Origin: an uncultured Candidatus Saccharibacteria bacterium
GTDB taxonomy: Bacteria > Patescibacteriota > Minisyncoccia > Phycocordibacterales > UBA918
Assembly (NCBI GenBank): GCA_964350985.1
Contig: CAYGLK010000001.1
Location: 457,973-521,972 of the forward strand
DNA: 64,000 nucleotides
Direction: 5' to 3'
Positions 30,090-41,116 of this stretch are shown piece after piece. The notes under the pieces were generated by a model that was not told the origin of the DNA, searched no databases, and was given only the letters and a program-made list of their open reading frames with translations. Both the position numbers and the translations under genes were made by a program. How positions within the stretch are numbered: position 1 is the stretch's first letter; each line of letters opens with the position of its first letter.

Positions 30090-32558
30090 CTAGACAAACA
30101 CTACGCTCGCGATAGCATCACCCTCACGCATCTTCATCACTCTTACTCCTTGTGTTTGACGACCTAGAGTTGGTACGTCCTTCAGTGGCAATTTAATCAC
30201 CTGTCCTCGCTGACTCATAATTACTAGCTCACCATCAGTTCGTTCATCTTCCTTGAGAACAATTCCGCAAACAATATCTCCTGTTTTGTTTGTTACCTTT
30301 GCAGTCTTAATCCCAGAACCACCTCGCTTTTGTACTTTGTATTCTTTAGCTGGAGTGGCCTTTCCGTAACCTTGCCTAGTAACAATTAAAATCTCGGTTT
30401 TCTTTTCATCTTTCTTGAAGATGTCTGCTGAGACAATATAGTCATTCTTGCCAAGCTTCATAGCAGCAACGCCAGCTGCTGTACGTCCCATTTGACGCAC
30501 ATCACTTTCTTTAAAGCGAATTGATTGACCTAGTGAAGTCACCAAAGACACTTCATCTCCCTTTCCAGCAAAGCGCGCGGCAATCAAAGAGTCATCGTCT
30601 TTAAGAGTAATTGCAATCAAACCACTGCGACGCACATCTTTAAAGGAAATGGCATCACTCTTCTTGGCTACACCATTTTTTGTGATCATCATTAGACTCC
30701 AGTCTCCAGTCCATTCTTCTTTCCGAACAGCCAGTACTGAAGTTACTTTCTCTTCTTGAGAAAGTGGCAAGAAGTTCATGATTGATTTACCACGAGTTGC
30801 TCGTCGTCCTTCTGGGATTTCAAACATCTTACTTTGGTAAACTTTACCCTTATCAGTGAAGAAAAGAAGATCACTATGTGCTGAAGTTGTCAGCAAAGTA
30901 GTGACCACGTCTTCTTCTTTAGTATTGAGGTCAACCACTCCTACCCCGCCTCGTTTTTGAGTTTTGTATTCTTCGGGATTTGTCCGCTTTACGTACCCTC
31001 CTTGAGTCAATACCAAAACACTTTCTTCGTCAGGAATAAGATCTTCTTGGGACATTTGTTTAACACCCCCCTTCACAATCTTAGTCCGTCTATCGTCGCC
31101 ATATTTTTCAGCAATTTCCAAAAGGTCATCTTTAACGATCTTTAACATCAGCGCTTTATTCTTCAAAATCGATTGCAAGTGCTTTATCAGTTTTTGTACT
31201 TCAGCTAACTCATCTTCAATCTTCTTTCTCTCTAGTCCTGCTAGCTTCTGAAGTCGCATATCCAAGATCGCTTGTGCTTGGACAATTGAGAACTTAAATT
31301 CCTTCATCAAGGCAGCATGGGCAGACGGAACATCTTTAGCAGCCCTGATAAGCTTGATGATCTTATCGATATGATCCAAAGCCTTTTTGAGACCAAGCAA
31401 GATATGTTCTCGATCTTGAGCCTTTGTAAGGTCATATTGTGTTCGGCGACGAATCACTTCTGCTCGGTGTTTGACGTACTCCTCTAAGATCGCTTTCAAT
31501 GAGAGAGTTTGCGGAATACCTTCAACTAAAGCCACCATGTTGTAGTGGAAAGTTTCTTCCAGCTGAGTGTGTTTGTATAGTTTATTTAAAATCGTCTGAG
31601 GTTGAGCTCCACTCTTAAGTTCAATCACCACTCGAATATCAGTCGTTGATTCGTCACGCATGTCACGAATACCTTCAATTCTTTTATCACGAACCAAGTC
31701 AGCAATCTTCACTTGTAGGTCAGCTTTATTAACTCGATAAGGGATTGAAGTAATTACGATAGCAAAAGCGCCTCGCTTGTCTTCAACAATCTCTGCTTCA
31801 CCACGAACCACTACTCCTCCCTTACCGTTGGCGTAAGCATGGGCTATATCTTTCTGATTGAAAGCCACAGCACCTACCGGGAAGTCTGGTCCTTTAACGA
31901 ACTTCAGCAGATCGTCAGTTGAAGCTCCTGGATTATCGATCAAGTGTGCTACTGCAGCCGCAACCTCACGTAGGTTGTGTGGAGGAATATTTGTAGCCAT
32001 TCCCACCGCAATTCCAAGCGAACCGAGTAAAAGCAGGTTAGGTACTGCTGCAGGCAAAACAATTGGCTCTTTTTTAGTACCGTCAAAGTTTGGCCGCCAA
32101 TCTACCGTGTCTTTTTCTAAGTCACGTAAAATCTCTTCCGAGATTTTAGACATCTTTGCTTCTGTATATCGGTAGGCTGCTGCCGAGTCTCCGTCGATAG
32201 ATCCAAAGTTTCCTTGTCCTAACACTAGTGGGTAGCGAGTGGCAAAATCTTGCGCTAACTTCACCATGGCATCATACACAGAGTTGTCACCATGAGGGTG
32301 AAAACTACCAAGCACGTCTCCCACCACAGTAGCTGACTTCTTAAACCGAGCGGTTGAAGTGAGTCCATTCAAACGCATTGAATACAAAATACGTCGGTGC
32401 ACAGGCTTAAGACCATCCCGAACATCAGGAAGTGCACGTTGAGTAATAACCGACATCGCATAGTCGAGATAAGCCGTCTCCATTTCGGAGGTAATGTCTT
32501 GGTTTATGATACCTCTAGGTGAGATTGGTTGTTCTGGGGCAATTGTCTTTTTCGGCAT
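30090..32558 (-). CDS. gyrA: DNA gyrase subunit A
   Basis: [29 protein letters not shown], GyrA-box QKRGGVG. Confidence 0.97.
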   Translation of the reverse strand: MPKKTIAPEQPISPRGIINQDITSEMETAYLDYAMSVITQRALPDVRDGLKPVHRRILYSMRLNGLTSTARFKKSATVVGDVLGSFHPHGDNSVYDAMVKLAQDFATRYPLVLGQGNFGSIDGDSAAAYRYTEAKMSKISEEILRDLEKDTVDWRPNFDGTKKEPIVLPAAVPNLLLLGSLGIAVGMATNIPPHNLREVAAAVAHLIDNPGASTDDLLKFVKGPDFPVGAVAFNQKDIAHAYANGKGGVVVRGEAEIVEDKRGAFAIVITSIPYRVNKADLQVKIADLVRDKRIEGIRDMRDESTTDIRVVIELKSGAQPQTILNKLYKHTQLEETFHYNMVALVEGIPQTLSLKAILEEYVKHRAEVIRRRTQYDLTKAQDREHILLGLKKALDHIDKIIKLIRAAKDVPSAHAALMKEFKFSIVQAQAILDMRLQKLAGLERKKIEDELAEVQKLIKHLQSILKNKALMLKIVKDDLLEIAEKYGDDRRTKIVKGGVKQMSQEDLIPDEESVLVLTQGGYVKRTNPEEYKTQKRGGVGVVDLNTKEEDVVTTLLTTSAHSDLLFFTDKGKVYQSKMFEIPEGRRATRGKSIMNFLPLSQEEKVTSVLAVRKEEWTGDWSLMMITKNGVAKKSDAISFKDVRRSGLIAITLKDDDSLIAARFAGKGDEVSLVTSLGQSIRFKESDVRQMGRTAAGVAAMKLGKNDYIVSADIFKKDEKKTEILIVTRQGYGKATPAKEYKVQKRGGSGIKTAKVTNKTGDIVCGIVLKEDERTDGELVIMSQRGQVIKLPLKDVPTLGRQTQGVRVMKMREGDAIASVVFV

Positions 32559-32609
32559 ATGTCTTTACAACTGGAATAAAAATAATAAAAAGTATAGCAT
32601 ATTTGCTGG

Positions 32610-33074
32610 TTATCTGCCGCCTCCGGCTGAGGCTTCTGACTCCGCAGATCCGCTAGCTGTAGTTGTACCGATCAATACTTCACTATATGAAGGCTCGGAA
32701 GTTGTTGCTGTTTCAGGCTTATTTTCTTGCTCCTTTTTTTCAACTATTTGTCTATCTTCATCGGTTAAGATAATCCCTCCTGAAGCTTTCGGTTCAGCCT
32801 GATCCACTTCAGGTTTTTTTTCTTCAGAATCTCCAAAAGCTGATATCAATGAGCCGAGTTGTTCTTTTGACTGTTTAAGAAAAGTTGCAAAAGGTCTTTG
32901 TTTTGACTCAGCCTCAACTGCTACCGCACTTGAAGTTGCATTAAAGCCTGGAAAGGCGACCAACCAAACGAGAAATACAGCTAAAGTAAATACAGCGGAA
33001 AAGCCTAGAGCATAATTGTCACGCACTGATTTTGGCTGACGTCTAAGATGCTGAAAGAATTTTTTCATAAACAA
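32610..33074 (-). CDS. hypothetical single-TM protein
   Basis: 154-aa ORF co-oriented with neighbours. Confidence 0.7.
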   Translation of the reverse strand: MFMKKFFQHLRRQPKSVRDNYALGFSAVFTLAVFLVWLVAFPGFNATSSAVAVEAESKQRPFATFLKQSKEQLGSLISAFGDSEEKKPEVDQAEPKASGGIILTDEDRQIVEKKEQENKPETATTSEPSYSEVLIGTTTASGSAESEASAGGGR

Positions 33075-33103
33075 TAGTCAATAATTTTGAACTCTGTATC
33101 GAA

Positions 33104-33727
33104 CTAGACCACTTTAAGAACACGTACTTCCCCTTCCATTTCATTTACATCTTTCTTTTTGATTGTGAGTTTATCTGAAACTGCACCCCCTTCCACTCCT
33201 GCTTCTTTCAAGAAAGCTGTTAGTGAATTTTTGTCGTAGTGCATTGGAATAATTAACTTTGCCTCTAACTTCACCGCTAATTTTGTTGCCTGAGGCACAT
33301 CAAGTACATCACCACCTCCGATCGGTAAAAACAAAATATCTACATCACCAAATGATCCGAGGATTTTTGGATCAATTTCATTTGTACCTAAGGCACCTAA
33401 AAAGATCATGTTGATATCTTCCAGTTTTACCTGATAGATATTGTTGAAACGATCAACCCCTTCATAAGTCGTCTTCACTCCATAACCACGAGCAGTCACC
33501 GAACCAACTTCGTACTCACCAGGACCACGTACAACATAAGGTTCTTTTGTACCATGAGCTGCCTGATCTACCCCATTAAAGTTTGGGTGATTTAAAGAAA
33601 CAAAAGCAATATCCGCACCAAATTTAACTCCTGATAATTTTGACTCTTTAGCGATTGGGTCAAATGCAATTGTAGTATCTCCAAAAGATACCTTAAAACA
33701 TTGTCCGCCGTGATGTGTAATAACCAT
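33104..33727 (-). CDS. MBL-fold protein (beta-lactamase B3-like), metal motif degenerate
   Basis: GPGEYE, DILFLPIGG, IIPMHY; SLNHPNFN in place of HxHxDH. Confidence 0.75.
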   Translation of the reverse strand: MVITHHGGQCFKVSFGDTTIAFDPIAKESKLSGVKFGADIAFVSLNHPNFNGVDQAAHGTKEPYVVRGPGEYEVGSVTARGYGVKTTYEGVDRFNNIYQVKLEDINMIFLGALGTNEIDPKILGSFGDVDILFLPIGGGDVLDVPQATKLAVKLEAKLIIPMHYDKNSLTAFLKEAGVEGGAVSDKLTIKKKDVNEMEGEVRVLKVV

Positions 33728-33844
33728 AGTGTCACTAGTATACGACATTACTAAGAGAAGCTAAAGTAAGTAGCTCTCTTCCTAGACATTTTGAGTCATC
33801 TATACTATATTTGTCCTTACCATTTTGGTAATTATTAGTTCCTA

Positions 33845-33910
33845 GCGGCACACGTTAACCCTGTACTGATGCTTACGGCCCTGAGACTCGGCAGTACAGA
33901 CGCGTGTCGT
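33845..33910 (+). promoter_or_regulatory. structured 5' leader of rpsA
   Basis: Nested stems GCGGCACACG/CGCGTGTCGT and CTGTACTG/CAGTACAG. Confidence 0.5.
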
Positions 33911-33930
33911 CGGAATAACAAAACAAAAGT

Positions 33931-35037
33931 ATGACAGAAAACACTGCTAATACAGCAGAAGGAAGTGTGTTAATGCAGAACTACGCTGCAGAAACACCAG
34001 CTGCTCCTAAAGAAGGACAGTTAATTGATGGTACTGTATCAGCACTAGGAAGAGCTCGTGTCTTTATTGACTTGCCTCCTTTCGGAACAGGTATCATTTA
34101 TGGTCGTGAATACATGAACGCTCGAGATATCCTGCGAAAGATATCAGTTGGTGATTCTATTGCTGCGAAAGTAGTAATGACTGAAAACGAAGATGGTTAC
34201 ATCGAACTTTCACTTAAAGAAGCACGTCAAGCTCTTATTTGGGCTGATGCTGAAGAAGCTGTGAAGAAGGGTTCTGTAATGAGCCTACTTGTAAAAGAAG
34301 CTAACAAGGGTGGTCTTATCATTGAATGGCAAGGCATCCAAGGATTCCTTCCTGCTTCGCAGCTTTCAGCTGACAACTACCCACGCGTAGTTGACGGAGA
34401 CAAGGACAAGATCCTTACTGCTCTAAATGACCTTATCGGTAAACACCTTAGTGTTGTTATGATCACAGCTGATCAAAAAGAACACAAGTTGATCTTCTCT
34501 GAAAAGGGTCTGCAAGAAAAAGAAGAGAAGGAAGAGAAAGTTGGTAAGTACGAAGTTGGTGACGTTCTCACTGGAGAAGTTACTGGCGCTGTCGACTTTG
34601 GTATCTTCGTTAAGGTTGAACAAGGTCTTGAAGGTCTAGTGCACATCTCTGAACTAGATTGGGGTCTTGTAGAAGACACTCGTGCGCTATACAAGGTTGG
34701 CGACAAGGTAAAGGTAAAAGTTATTGAAGTGAAAGACGACAAGATTTCTCTTTCTATCAAGCAACTTAAAGATAACCCATGGATGGAAGCAAGTAAGAAG
34801 TTCAAGAAAGATGATGTGGTGGACGCGGTTGTTATTAAATACAACAAGCACGGTGCTCTAGCTTCTATTGAAGAAGGTGTAGCTGGACTAGTACACATCT
34901 CTGAATTTGAGAAAGAAGAAAATCTTAAGAGTGCTCTATCTCTTGGAAATGTTTACAAGTTCAAGATTTCACTTTTTGAACCAACTGAACAACGAATGAC
35001 TCTGTCATACAAAGAAGCAAATCCAGAAGCTAAGTAA
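33931..35037 (+). CDS. rpsA: 30S ribosomal protein S1 (four S1 domains)
   Basis: Repeated GFLPASQL / GLVHISE S1 motifs. Confidence 0.9.
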   Translation: MTENTANTAEGSVLMQNYAAETPAAPKEGQLIDGTVSALGRARVFIDLPPFGTGIIYGREYMNARDILRKISVGDSIAAKVVMTENEDGYIELSLKEARQALIWADAEEAVKKGSVMSLLVKEANKGGLIIEWQGIQGFLPASQLSADNYPRVVDGDKDKILTALNDLIGKHLSVVMITADQKEHKLIFSEKGLQEKEEKEEKVGKYEVGDVLTGEVTGAVDFGIFVKVEQGLEGLVHISELDWGLVEDTRALYKVGDKVKVKVIEVKDDKISLSIKQLKDNPWMEASKKFKKDDVVDAVVIKYNKHGALASIEEGVAGLVHISEFEKEENLKSALSLGNVYKFKISLFEPTEQRMTLSYKEANPEAK

Positions 35038-35101
35038 GCTAACGGATAAAATAAAAACAGCGTGGTGGGCTTTGCCCACCACGCTGTTTTTATTTTCTCT
35101 T

Positions 35102-35689
35102 CTAATTAAACCGATTCATTGTCTTATCGTGCCCCACTTCAAGAATAGAACACAACACATCTTTAACCTTAGGAAAAACTTCTTTCTCTAATTTATCTTG
35201 TTCATTTCTAGTAAAGTTACTTAAGACAAATTTAGGTAAAGCTTCGCCAGTAAGGACCTTCATTTTTCCTGTCCAAAAACTACTTGGAGCTACGCCAATT
35301 CTTAATCGAATAAAATCTTTTGTTCCCAGTGTTTCAATAATAGACTTAATTCCGTTATGACCACCATCTCCTCTTCCAAAAGAAACCCTTACTTCACCAA
35401 AAGGTAATGCCACATCATCGTATATCACCACTAGATTAGAACTATCAGGACTATTTAAAAGCTTTTTTACAGCCTTACCCGAATGGTTCATAAAAGTATC
35501 TGGGTAAAGCACTGAAAGATCCTGGTCCAAGACATTTCCTTCTGAGAGTTCGCCCAGATATTTTGCTGACTTAACTGTCTCTGGTAGTTGCATCTTTTTT
35601 ATAAAAAAATCTGCTGCTAAAAAGCCAACATTATGTCTGGTGAATTTATATTTTGAACCAGGATTTCCTAATGCCACGAAGTAATACAT
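35102..35689 (-). CDS. pth: peptidyl-tRNA hydrolase
   Basis: LGNPG..Y..TRHNVGF, TFMNHSG, GGHNGIKS. Confidence 0.95.
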   Translation of the reverse strand: MYYFVALGNPGSKYKFTRHNVGFLAADFFIKKMQLPETVKSAKYLGELSEGNVLDQDLSVLYPDTFMNHSGKAVKKLLNSPDSSNLVVIYDDVALPFGEVRVSFGRGDGGHNGIKSIIETLGTKDFIRLRIGVAPSSFWTGKMKVLTGEALPKFVLSNFTRNEQDKLEKEVFPKVKDVLCSILEVGHDKTMNRFN

Positions 35690-35771
35690 AAGAGTATTGT
35701 ACACGAAGCCGATAATTTTTTGTAACCAAAAACGTCATATTTGTTTTTAAATTTTGCTTCAAGTATAATAG

Positions 35772-36419
35772 GTGAATCAAGTTATGAATTTGTTCTCATC
35801 AAAAAATAATACCTCCGAAAATCACTTACTAGAATCTCTAGAAGACGAACAAAACGCCCCTTTACCAGCTAAAGAAAATCCTTTTGTAGAGATTCTTCGA
35901 TTTTCAGTGATTGCCCTTTTGATTGTTATTCCAATTAGAACTTTTATTGCTCAACCTTTTATCGTCTCTGGTGCATCAATGAATGAAACTTTCCAAAATG
36001 GTGAGTACTTGATAGTTGACCAGCTTAGTTACAACCTAGCTTCCCCAGAGCGCGGAGACGTTATCATTTTCCGTTATCCACGTGACCCGTCCAAGTACTT
36101 TATTAAAAGAATTATTGGTGTTCCAAACGACACTATCAGTATAGTAGACAGTACTGTCACTATTACCAACGATGAAAACCCAGATGGTTTTGTTTTAACT
36201 GAACCATATATTAAGAGTATGCGGCCAGGTGCAAATATAACTGAAGAACTGGGAGAAAGAGAATATTTTGTGATGGGAGACAACCGCGATGAAAGTTCTG
36301 ACTCTCGGGTTTGGGGAGTCCTTCAGGAAGAGCGCATTATTGGCCGAGCTTTTCTCCGACTTTTTCCACCACAGACCATCGGAGTTTTACCAGGAGCCAT
36401 TGACCGAACTACAAATTAG
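35772..36419 (+). CDS. lepB: signal peptidase I
   Basis: SGASM, FIKRIIG, MGDNRDESSDSR. Confidence 0.94.
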   Translation: MNQVMNLFSSKNNTSENHLLESLEDEQNAPLPAKENPFVEILRFSVIALLIVIPIRTFIAQPFIVSGASMNETFQNGEYLIVDQLSYNLASPERGDVIIFRYPRDPSKYFIKRIIGVPNDTISIVDSTVTITNDENPDGFVLTEPYIKSMRPGANITEELGEREYFVMGDNRDESSDSRVWGVLQEERIIGRAFLRLFPPQTIGVLPGAIDRTTN

Positions 36420-36437
36420 TAATTATTTTAGCGTCTT

Positions 36438-37604
36438 ATGAAATACTCACCAACAGATTTCCTAAAGATTGCCACTAACACGGCTGAACACTTTGGTTTT
36501 CGTACAGCTAACATAATCAAAAAGAATCCTCTTTGTAAAAATTGCGAGATTCCTTTGTCTTATGTCTCAAGCCCAGCCGACAAGAAAAATGACAGCCAAC
36601 AGTGTCTACTAAACAATGGTGTACTTTCGTTTTGTGAGGATAACCTACATGCGCTTGAAGCTCCGGTACTACTCTATTCTTTGGACCAACTACCAGAAGA
36701 AGATAAAACTGTTTTTACTTTTAATATTTTTAACGTCCAGAAAAGTATTGCTGAAGCGATATTGATTCAAGTTGGACGTTCTTTGATGCAAGAACTTGAT
36801 CATGGTGACCATGTAGTACGAATCAACTCTCTTGGTGATGCTGAATCTAACCTACGATACAGTCGAGAACTAGCAAACTTCCTTAGAAAAAGAATTGAGA
36901 CTATTCCACCAACAGCGCGTGAATTGATGAAAGAACACCCTATCCTTGCTTTGATGCACTTAATCGAAACTGATCACGAAGTAGCGCACCGTAGTCCAAA
37001 CCCACTGGAATTCCTTAGTGACCCTAGTCGAAAACACTTCCGGGAGATTGTTGAATACTTGGATATGACTGAGACCCCATACGAAATAGACCCTAAGATG
37101 CTAGGACACCACGAATATTATTCTGATGCTCTGTTTTCGATCGAAACTAGTGATCCCGAAGACCTGACCTTACCAAGAATCTCTGTCAAAGGTGGTCGTT
37201 ATGATGAATTTTTGTATCGAAAGACCAGAAGCCGTATTCCAGCAGCCGGAGCAGTAGTAACCTATAGCAATGGAAAGCAACCAACTAGAATGCCTAAAGC
37301 TAAGTCTGTAGAGCCCGAGATATATGTCGTCCAACTGGGCTTTGGTCCAAAAGTACGCAGTCTTTCAGTCATTGAAAAGCTCAAAGAAGCAGGTATTCAT
37401 GTCAGACATGACCTCGCTAACGACTCCCTTTCAGCTCAATTACGCGACGCAGAGGCACGAGAAGTGCGTTATGCCGTTATTATTGGTCAAAAAGAGTTTG
37501 TTGACCAAACAGTTATCCTGCGTGACATGAAAGAAAGAAACCAAGAAAACATCTCTATCGACGCTCTAGTCAAGAAAATGAAGCGCCAAATCTCAGTTTC
37601 TTAG
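36438..37604 (+). CDS. degenerate histidyl-tRNA synthetase paralogue with anticodon-binding domain
   Basis: INSLGD, GGRYDE and C-terminal HGTP anticodon domain retained; class II motif 2 not recognisable. Confidence 0.65.
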   Translation: MKYSPTDFLKIATNTAEHFGFRTANIIKKNPLCKNCEIPLSYVSSPADKKNDSQQCLLNNGVLSFCEDNLHALEAPVLLYSLDQLPEEDKTVFTFNIFNVQKSIAEAILIQVGRSLMQELDHGDHVVRINSLGDAESNLRYSRELANFLRKRIETIPPTARELMKEHPILALMHLIETDHEVAHRSPNPLEFLSDPSRKHFREIVEYLDMTETPYEIDPKMLGHHEYYSDALFSIETSDPEDLTLPRISVKGGRYDEFLYRKTRSRIPAAGAVVTYSNGKQPTRMPKAKSVEPEIYVVQLGFGPKVRSLSVIEKLKEAGIHVRHDLANDSLSAQLRDAEAREVRYAVIIGQKEFVDQTVILRDMKERNQENISIDALVKKMKRQISVS

Positions 37605-37656
37605 AGAAGAATCCACTTGCTTATCTTAAAACTTAATGATATGCTCTTGCCCACAT

Positions 37657-37902
37657 ATGGCAATAAACGTCCAAGTAGAAAAAAATCAAAACGAGAGTAG
37701 TGCGAATGTAATTCGTCGCTTTACGAAACGTGTTCAAGGAGCAGGGATCATACCTAAAGTACGATCTGGTCGCTACCGAACAAGAATTAAAAGTGATAAC
37801 GTTCAAAGACGAGCAAAGCTAAAGAAACTAGGTAAGAAAGAAACTTACGAAAAGTTGCTTAAGTTAGGCAAGATTGCAGAACAAAAAAGCTACCGACGAT
37901 AA
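37657..37902 (+). CDS. rpsU: 30S ribosomal protein S21-like
   Basis: VEKNQNES...IRRFTKRVQGAG basic small protein. Confidence 0.75.
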   Translation: MAINVQVEKNQNESSANVIRRFTKRVQGAGIIPKVRSGRYRTRIKSDNVQRRAKLKKLGKKETYEKLLKLGKIAEQKSYRR

Positions 37903-37965
37903 ACAAAAACCCCTTCTCTACTTGAAGGGGTTTTTGTTTATTCGGTCGTGTGTCATACTACTCTA

Positions 37966-38352
37966 ATGACAAACGCTACACTTACTATCTCTAGTACTGT
38001 AAAAAAATATCCAAAATTAGACTACCAAAAATTCAAAGACACTATTCTTGGAAAGAAATATCAACTATCCTTGGCTTTTGTTGGTAGTAAAAGAGCTCAA
38101 AGTATCAATATCGCCTCACGCAAAAAAGATTACGTTCCCAACGTCTTATCTTTCCCTTTTGATCAAAACCAGGGTGAGATTTTTATCTGCCCTGAAATCG
38201 CCGCTACAGAAGCTCATAAATTCTCTCTTTCACAAGATGGCTATATCGCCTTCTTATTTATTCATGGGTTAATTCATCTCAAAGGCCATGATCATGGCGA
38301 GGCTATGGATAAACTCGAAAAAAGTTACCTAAAAAAGTTTAAGATAGTTTAG
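37966..38352 (+). CDS. ybeY: rRNA maturation RNase YbeY
   Basis: NVLSF, GEIFIC, HGLIHLKGHDH. Confidence 0.92.
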   Translation: MTNATLTISSTVKKYPKLDYQKFKDTILGKKYQLSLAFVGSKRAQSINIASRKKDYVPNVLSFPFDQNQGEIFICPEIAATEAHKFSLSQDGYIAFLFIHGLIHLKGHDHGEAMDKLEKSYLKKFKIV

Positions 38353-38365
38353 TATTAAGATTATT

Positions 38366-39535
38366 ATGGCAGAACAAATAATCACAGGAATAGATGTCGG
38401 TACCTACCACGTAAAAGTGGCTATTGCTCGTATCCCAAAAAATGCGACTGACAAAACTATCCCAGAGATTATTGGTACCGGTTACGCTGAAAGCCGTGGG
38501 CTCAAAAATGGCTATATCATTCAAAACGATGAAGTAGCTCGTAGTATTAAAAGTGCTGTTGTTCAAGCTGAAAAAGCAGCCGGTGTAATCGTTAAAAAGG
38601 CCCATGTAGCGATAGGAAGCATTGGTCTGGAGGAAACATACTCTAGAGGGGAGATTATCCCTGCTAGAGCTGATTCTGAGGTCACAGTGACTGATGTTGA
38701 GAAAGTGATGCAAGATAGTGAAGATCGCATCATCGACCACATCCCTAACCGAAAGATTCTTCACAACATCCCACTTCGCTATACGGTAGACGGAACAGAG
38801 GTACTTGGTAGACCACAGGGTATGCGAGGGACTAAGCTTGAAGTTGATGCTCTGTTTATTACCTCATACGAACAACATATCGACGACCTGATGAGTACGC
38901 TTGAGAGTATCGGTATCTATACTGAAGATATTATTGCTTCCCCACTAGCAGCTAGTTTTGTCATGCTAAACAAGAACCAGAAAAAAGCTGGTTGCCTTCT
39001 AGCTAACATTGGATCAGAAACGACTTCGATTGTAGTCTTCGAGGACTCTACTCCGATCTCACTAAAGATCTTCCCAACGGGATCCAACGATATCACCAAT
39101 GACATTGCTCTGGGACTTAAAGTCTCTATCGAAGATGCTGAGAAGATCAAGCGTGGTGGTATGACTAGCGCAACCTACTCAAAGAAAAGACTGGATGAGA
39201 TTATTCAAGGACGTCTCACTACCATTTTTAATCTAGTTGATTCTCACCTAAAGAAGATCAAGCGTGACGGTTTACTTCCAGCTGGAATCATCCTCACTGG
39301 AGGCGGGTCTAACACTCACGGAATAGCCGAAGTTGCTAAAACAACCCTCTCACTCCCTGCCCGAACAGCCACTTTAGAAATTGGAAAAAATACTAAAGTT
39401 AAAGATGCGACTTGGGCTGTAGCTTACGGACTATGTATGTGGGGTGCCAGCGACACCGAAGACACATCTACTCTCGGCATTGTAAAACAAACTAAAAAAA
39501 GTATTTTCTCTTGGTTCAATCAATTCCTTCCGTAA
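38366..39535 (+). CDS. ftsA: cell division protein FtsA
   Basis: GIDVGT, GIILTGGGS, C-terminal amphipathic helix; upstream of ftsZ. Confidence 0.93.
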   Translation: MAEQIITGIDVGTYHVKVAIARIPKNATDKTIPEIIGTGYAESRGLKNGYIIQNDEVARSIKSAVVQAEKAAGVIVKKAHVAIGSIGLEETYSRGEIIPARADSEVTVTDVEKVMQDSEDRIIDHIPNRKILHNIPLRYTVDGTEVLGRPQGMRGTKLEVDALFITSYEQHIDDLMSTLESIGIYTEDIIASPLAASFVMLNKNQKKAGCLLANIGSETTSIVVFEDSTPISLKIFPTGSNDITNDIALGLKVSIEDAEKIKRGGMTSATYSKKRLDEIIQGRLTTIFNLVDSHLKKIKRDGLLPAGIILTGGGSNTHGIAEVAKTTLSLPARTATLEIGKNTKVKDATWAVAYGLCMWGASDTEDTSTLGIVKQTKKSIFSWFNQFLP

Positions 39536-39672
39536 TAAAATAGATAAGTTGTCAATCACACACGCATCAATAATGTCAATATCGTGACAGATACTTTTTA
39601 AAGATGTATGATTGTGGAGCTTATTAAATAAATGTACTCAGGGGTGGGTACGAGCATTTTTACAACAAATTT

Positions 39673-40914
39673 ATGGAACAAATAAAATCAGACGTGGAAT
39701 CATTCGCACGTATTCGAGTAGTCGGAGTTGGAGGCTCTGGAAACAACGCCGTGAACTACATGGTGACCTCTAAAGTAAAAGGAGTTGAGTTTATTGCTAT
39801 TAACAGTGACTCTCAAGACCTACATCACTCACTAGCAAAAAAGAAAATTCACGTAGGTAAGAACCTAACTCGTGGACTAGGTGCTGGAGGTAATCCTGAT
39901 CTAGGACGAAGAGCTGCTGAAGAAACTCGTGAAGAGATTGCAAACGCAATCAAGGGATCAGACATGATCTTCGTTACTTGTGGAATGGGAGGTGGAACAG
40001 GTACAGGAGCTGCTCCAGTTGTAGCGAAGATCGCTCGAGAGAGTGGCGCGCTAACTGTTGGAGTTGTAACTAAGCCTTTCTTATTTGAAGGACAAGAAAG
40101 AATGCGTTTAGCACTTCAAGGTATTGAAGAACTTAAAAAAGAAGTGGACGCGCTCATCACCATCCCTAACGACAGACTCCTAGCAATCGTAGATCGTGAG
40201 ACTACTGTGCAAAACGCTTTCCAACAATGTGACAATGTACTTAAACAAGCGGTTGAAGGTATATCTGACCTTATTACAATGCCAGGTATCATCAACGTCG
40301 ACTTCGCCGATATCCGTAGTGTGATGGAGAACGCTGGTTCAGCCTTAATGGGTGTTGGAATTTCAACAGGAGAAAAGCGAGCCGAAGAAGCTGCGCAAGG
40401 AGCTATCAACTCTCCCCTACTTGAAGTTTCTATTACTGGAGCTAAGGGTGTCCTCTTTGCCATTGCTGGTGGAGACGACCTAGCGATGCTTGAGATCCAA
40501 GACGCTGCACGAGTAATCACTGAATCAATTGATCCACACGCTAAAGTTATCTTTGGAGCTATTAAAGATGACAAGCTAAAGAAGAACGAAATCAAGGTCA
40601 CAGTTATTGCGACTGGTTTCCCTGAAGAATCTTATTCCTCACAGACAACCATCTCAAGAAGAGTACCGACAGCTGCACCAGCTCGAGTTGAGCCAGAAGA
40701 AGCAGTGGCTTCAGAACCTTCTACACGAGGAAGAATCTTTAATTCTTTAACGACTCCGCGTCGACCAGAACCAGAAGCTAGTGAGGCACCAGCCGCACCA
40801 GCAAACAACGACATTCCGAAACGTGATCCAAAGCCAGTAGATCCAATCGAAGAAGACGATGGCGACGACTGGGGGGCAGTCCCTGCATTCCTTCGCCGGT
40901 CAAAACTAAAGTAG
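39673..40914 (+). CDS. ftsZ: cell division protein FtsZ
   Basis: [20 protein letters not shown]-terminal VPAFLRR. Confidence 0.98.
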   Translation: MEQIKSDVESFARIRVVGVGGSGNNAVNYMVTSKVKGVEFIAINSDSQDLHHSLAKKKIHVGKNLTRGLGAGGNPDLGRRAAEETREEIANAIKGSDMIFVTCGMGGGTGTGAAPVVAKIARESGALTVGVVTKPFLFEGQERMRLALQGIEELKKEVDALITIPNDRLLAIVDRETTVQNAFQQCDNVLKQAVEGISDLITMPGIINVDFADIRSVMENAGSALMGVGISTGEKRAEEAAQGAINSPLLEVSITGAKGVLFAIAGGDDLAMLEIQDAARVITESIDPHAKVIFGAIKDDKLKKNEIKVTVIATGFPEESYSSQTTISRRVPTAAPARVEPEEAVASEPSTRGRIFNSLTTPRRPEPEASEAPAAPANNDIPKRDPKPVDPIEEDDGDDWGAVPAFLRRSKLK

Positions 40915-40955
40915 GAGATTTATTTCTACCTAATAAATAATATTTACTAGGTAGT

Positions 40956-41080
40956 AGGGACTGCCGGGCGCAGCGATACGAGTCGCCCCCCTCCTAGGGC
41001 GACGAGACAGCGAGCCGAGGTCACGAGCACTTAGTAGATTTGGAACGTAGTGAACAAATATACTTAGTGACTTGGGACCA
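40956..41080 (+). mobile_element. hairpin element copy at ftsZ 3' end
   Basis: AGGGACTGCC is the reverse complement of 40875-40884; GGTCACGAG...GAACGTAGTGAA...CTTGGGACC. Confidence 0.65.
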
Positions 41081-41116
41081 GTGCCAGCATTTCTGCGTCG
41101 TTCAAAGCTCAAGTAA
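41081..41116 (+). pseudogene. second, synonymously diverged ftsZ 3' end ([11 protein letters not shown])
   Basis: Same peptide and stop as 40879-40914 with 9 third-position differences. Confidence 0.85.
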
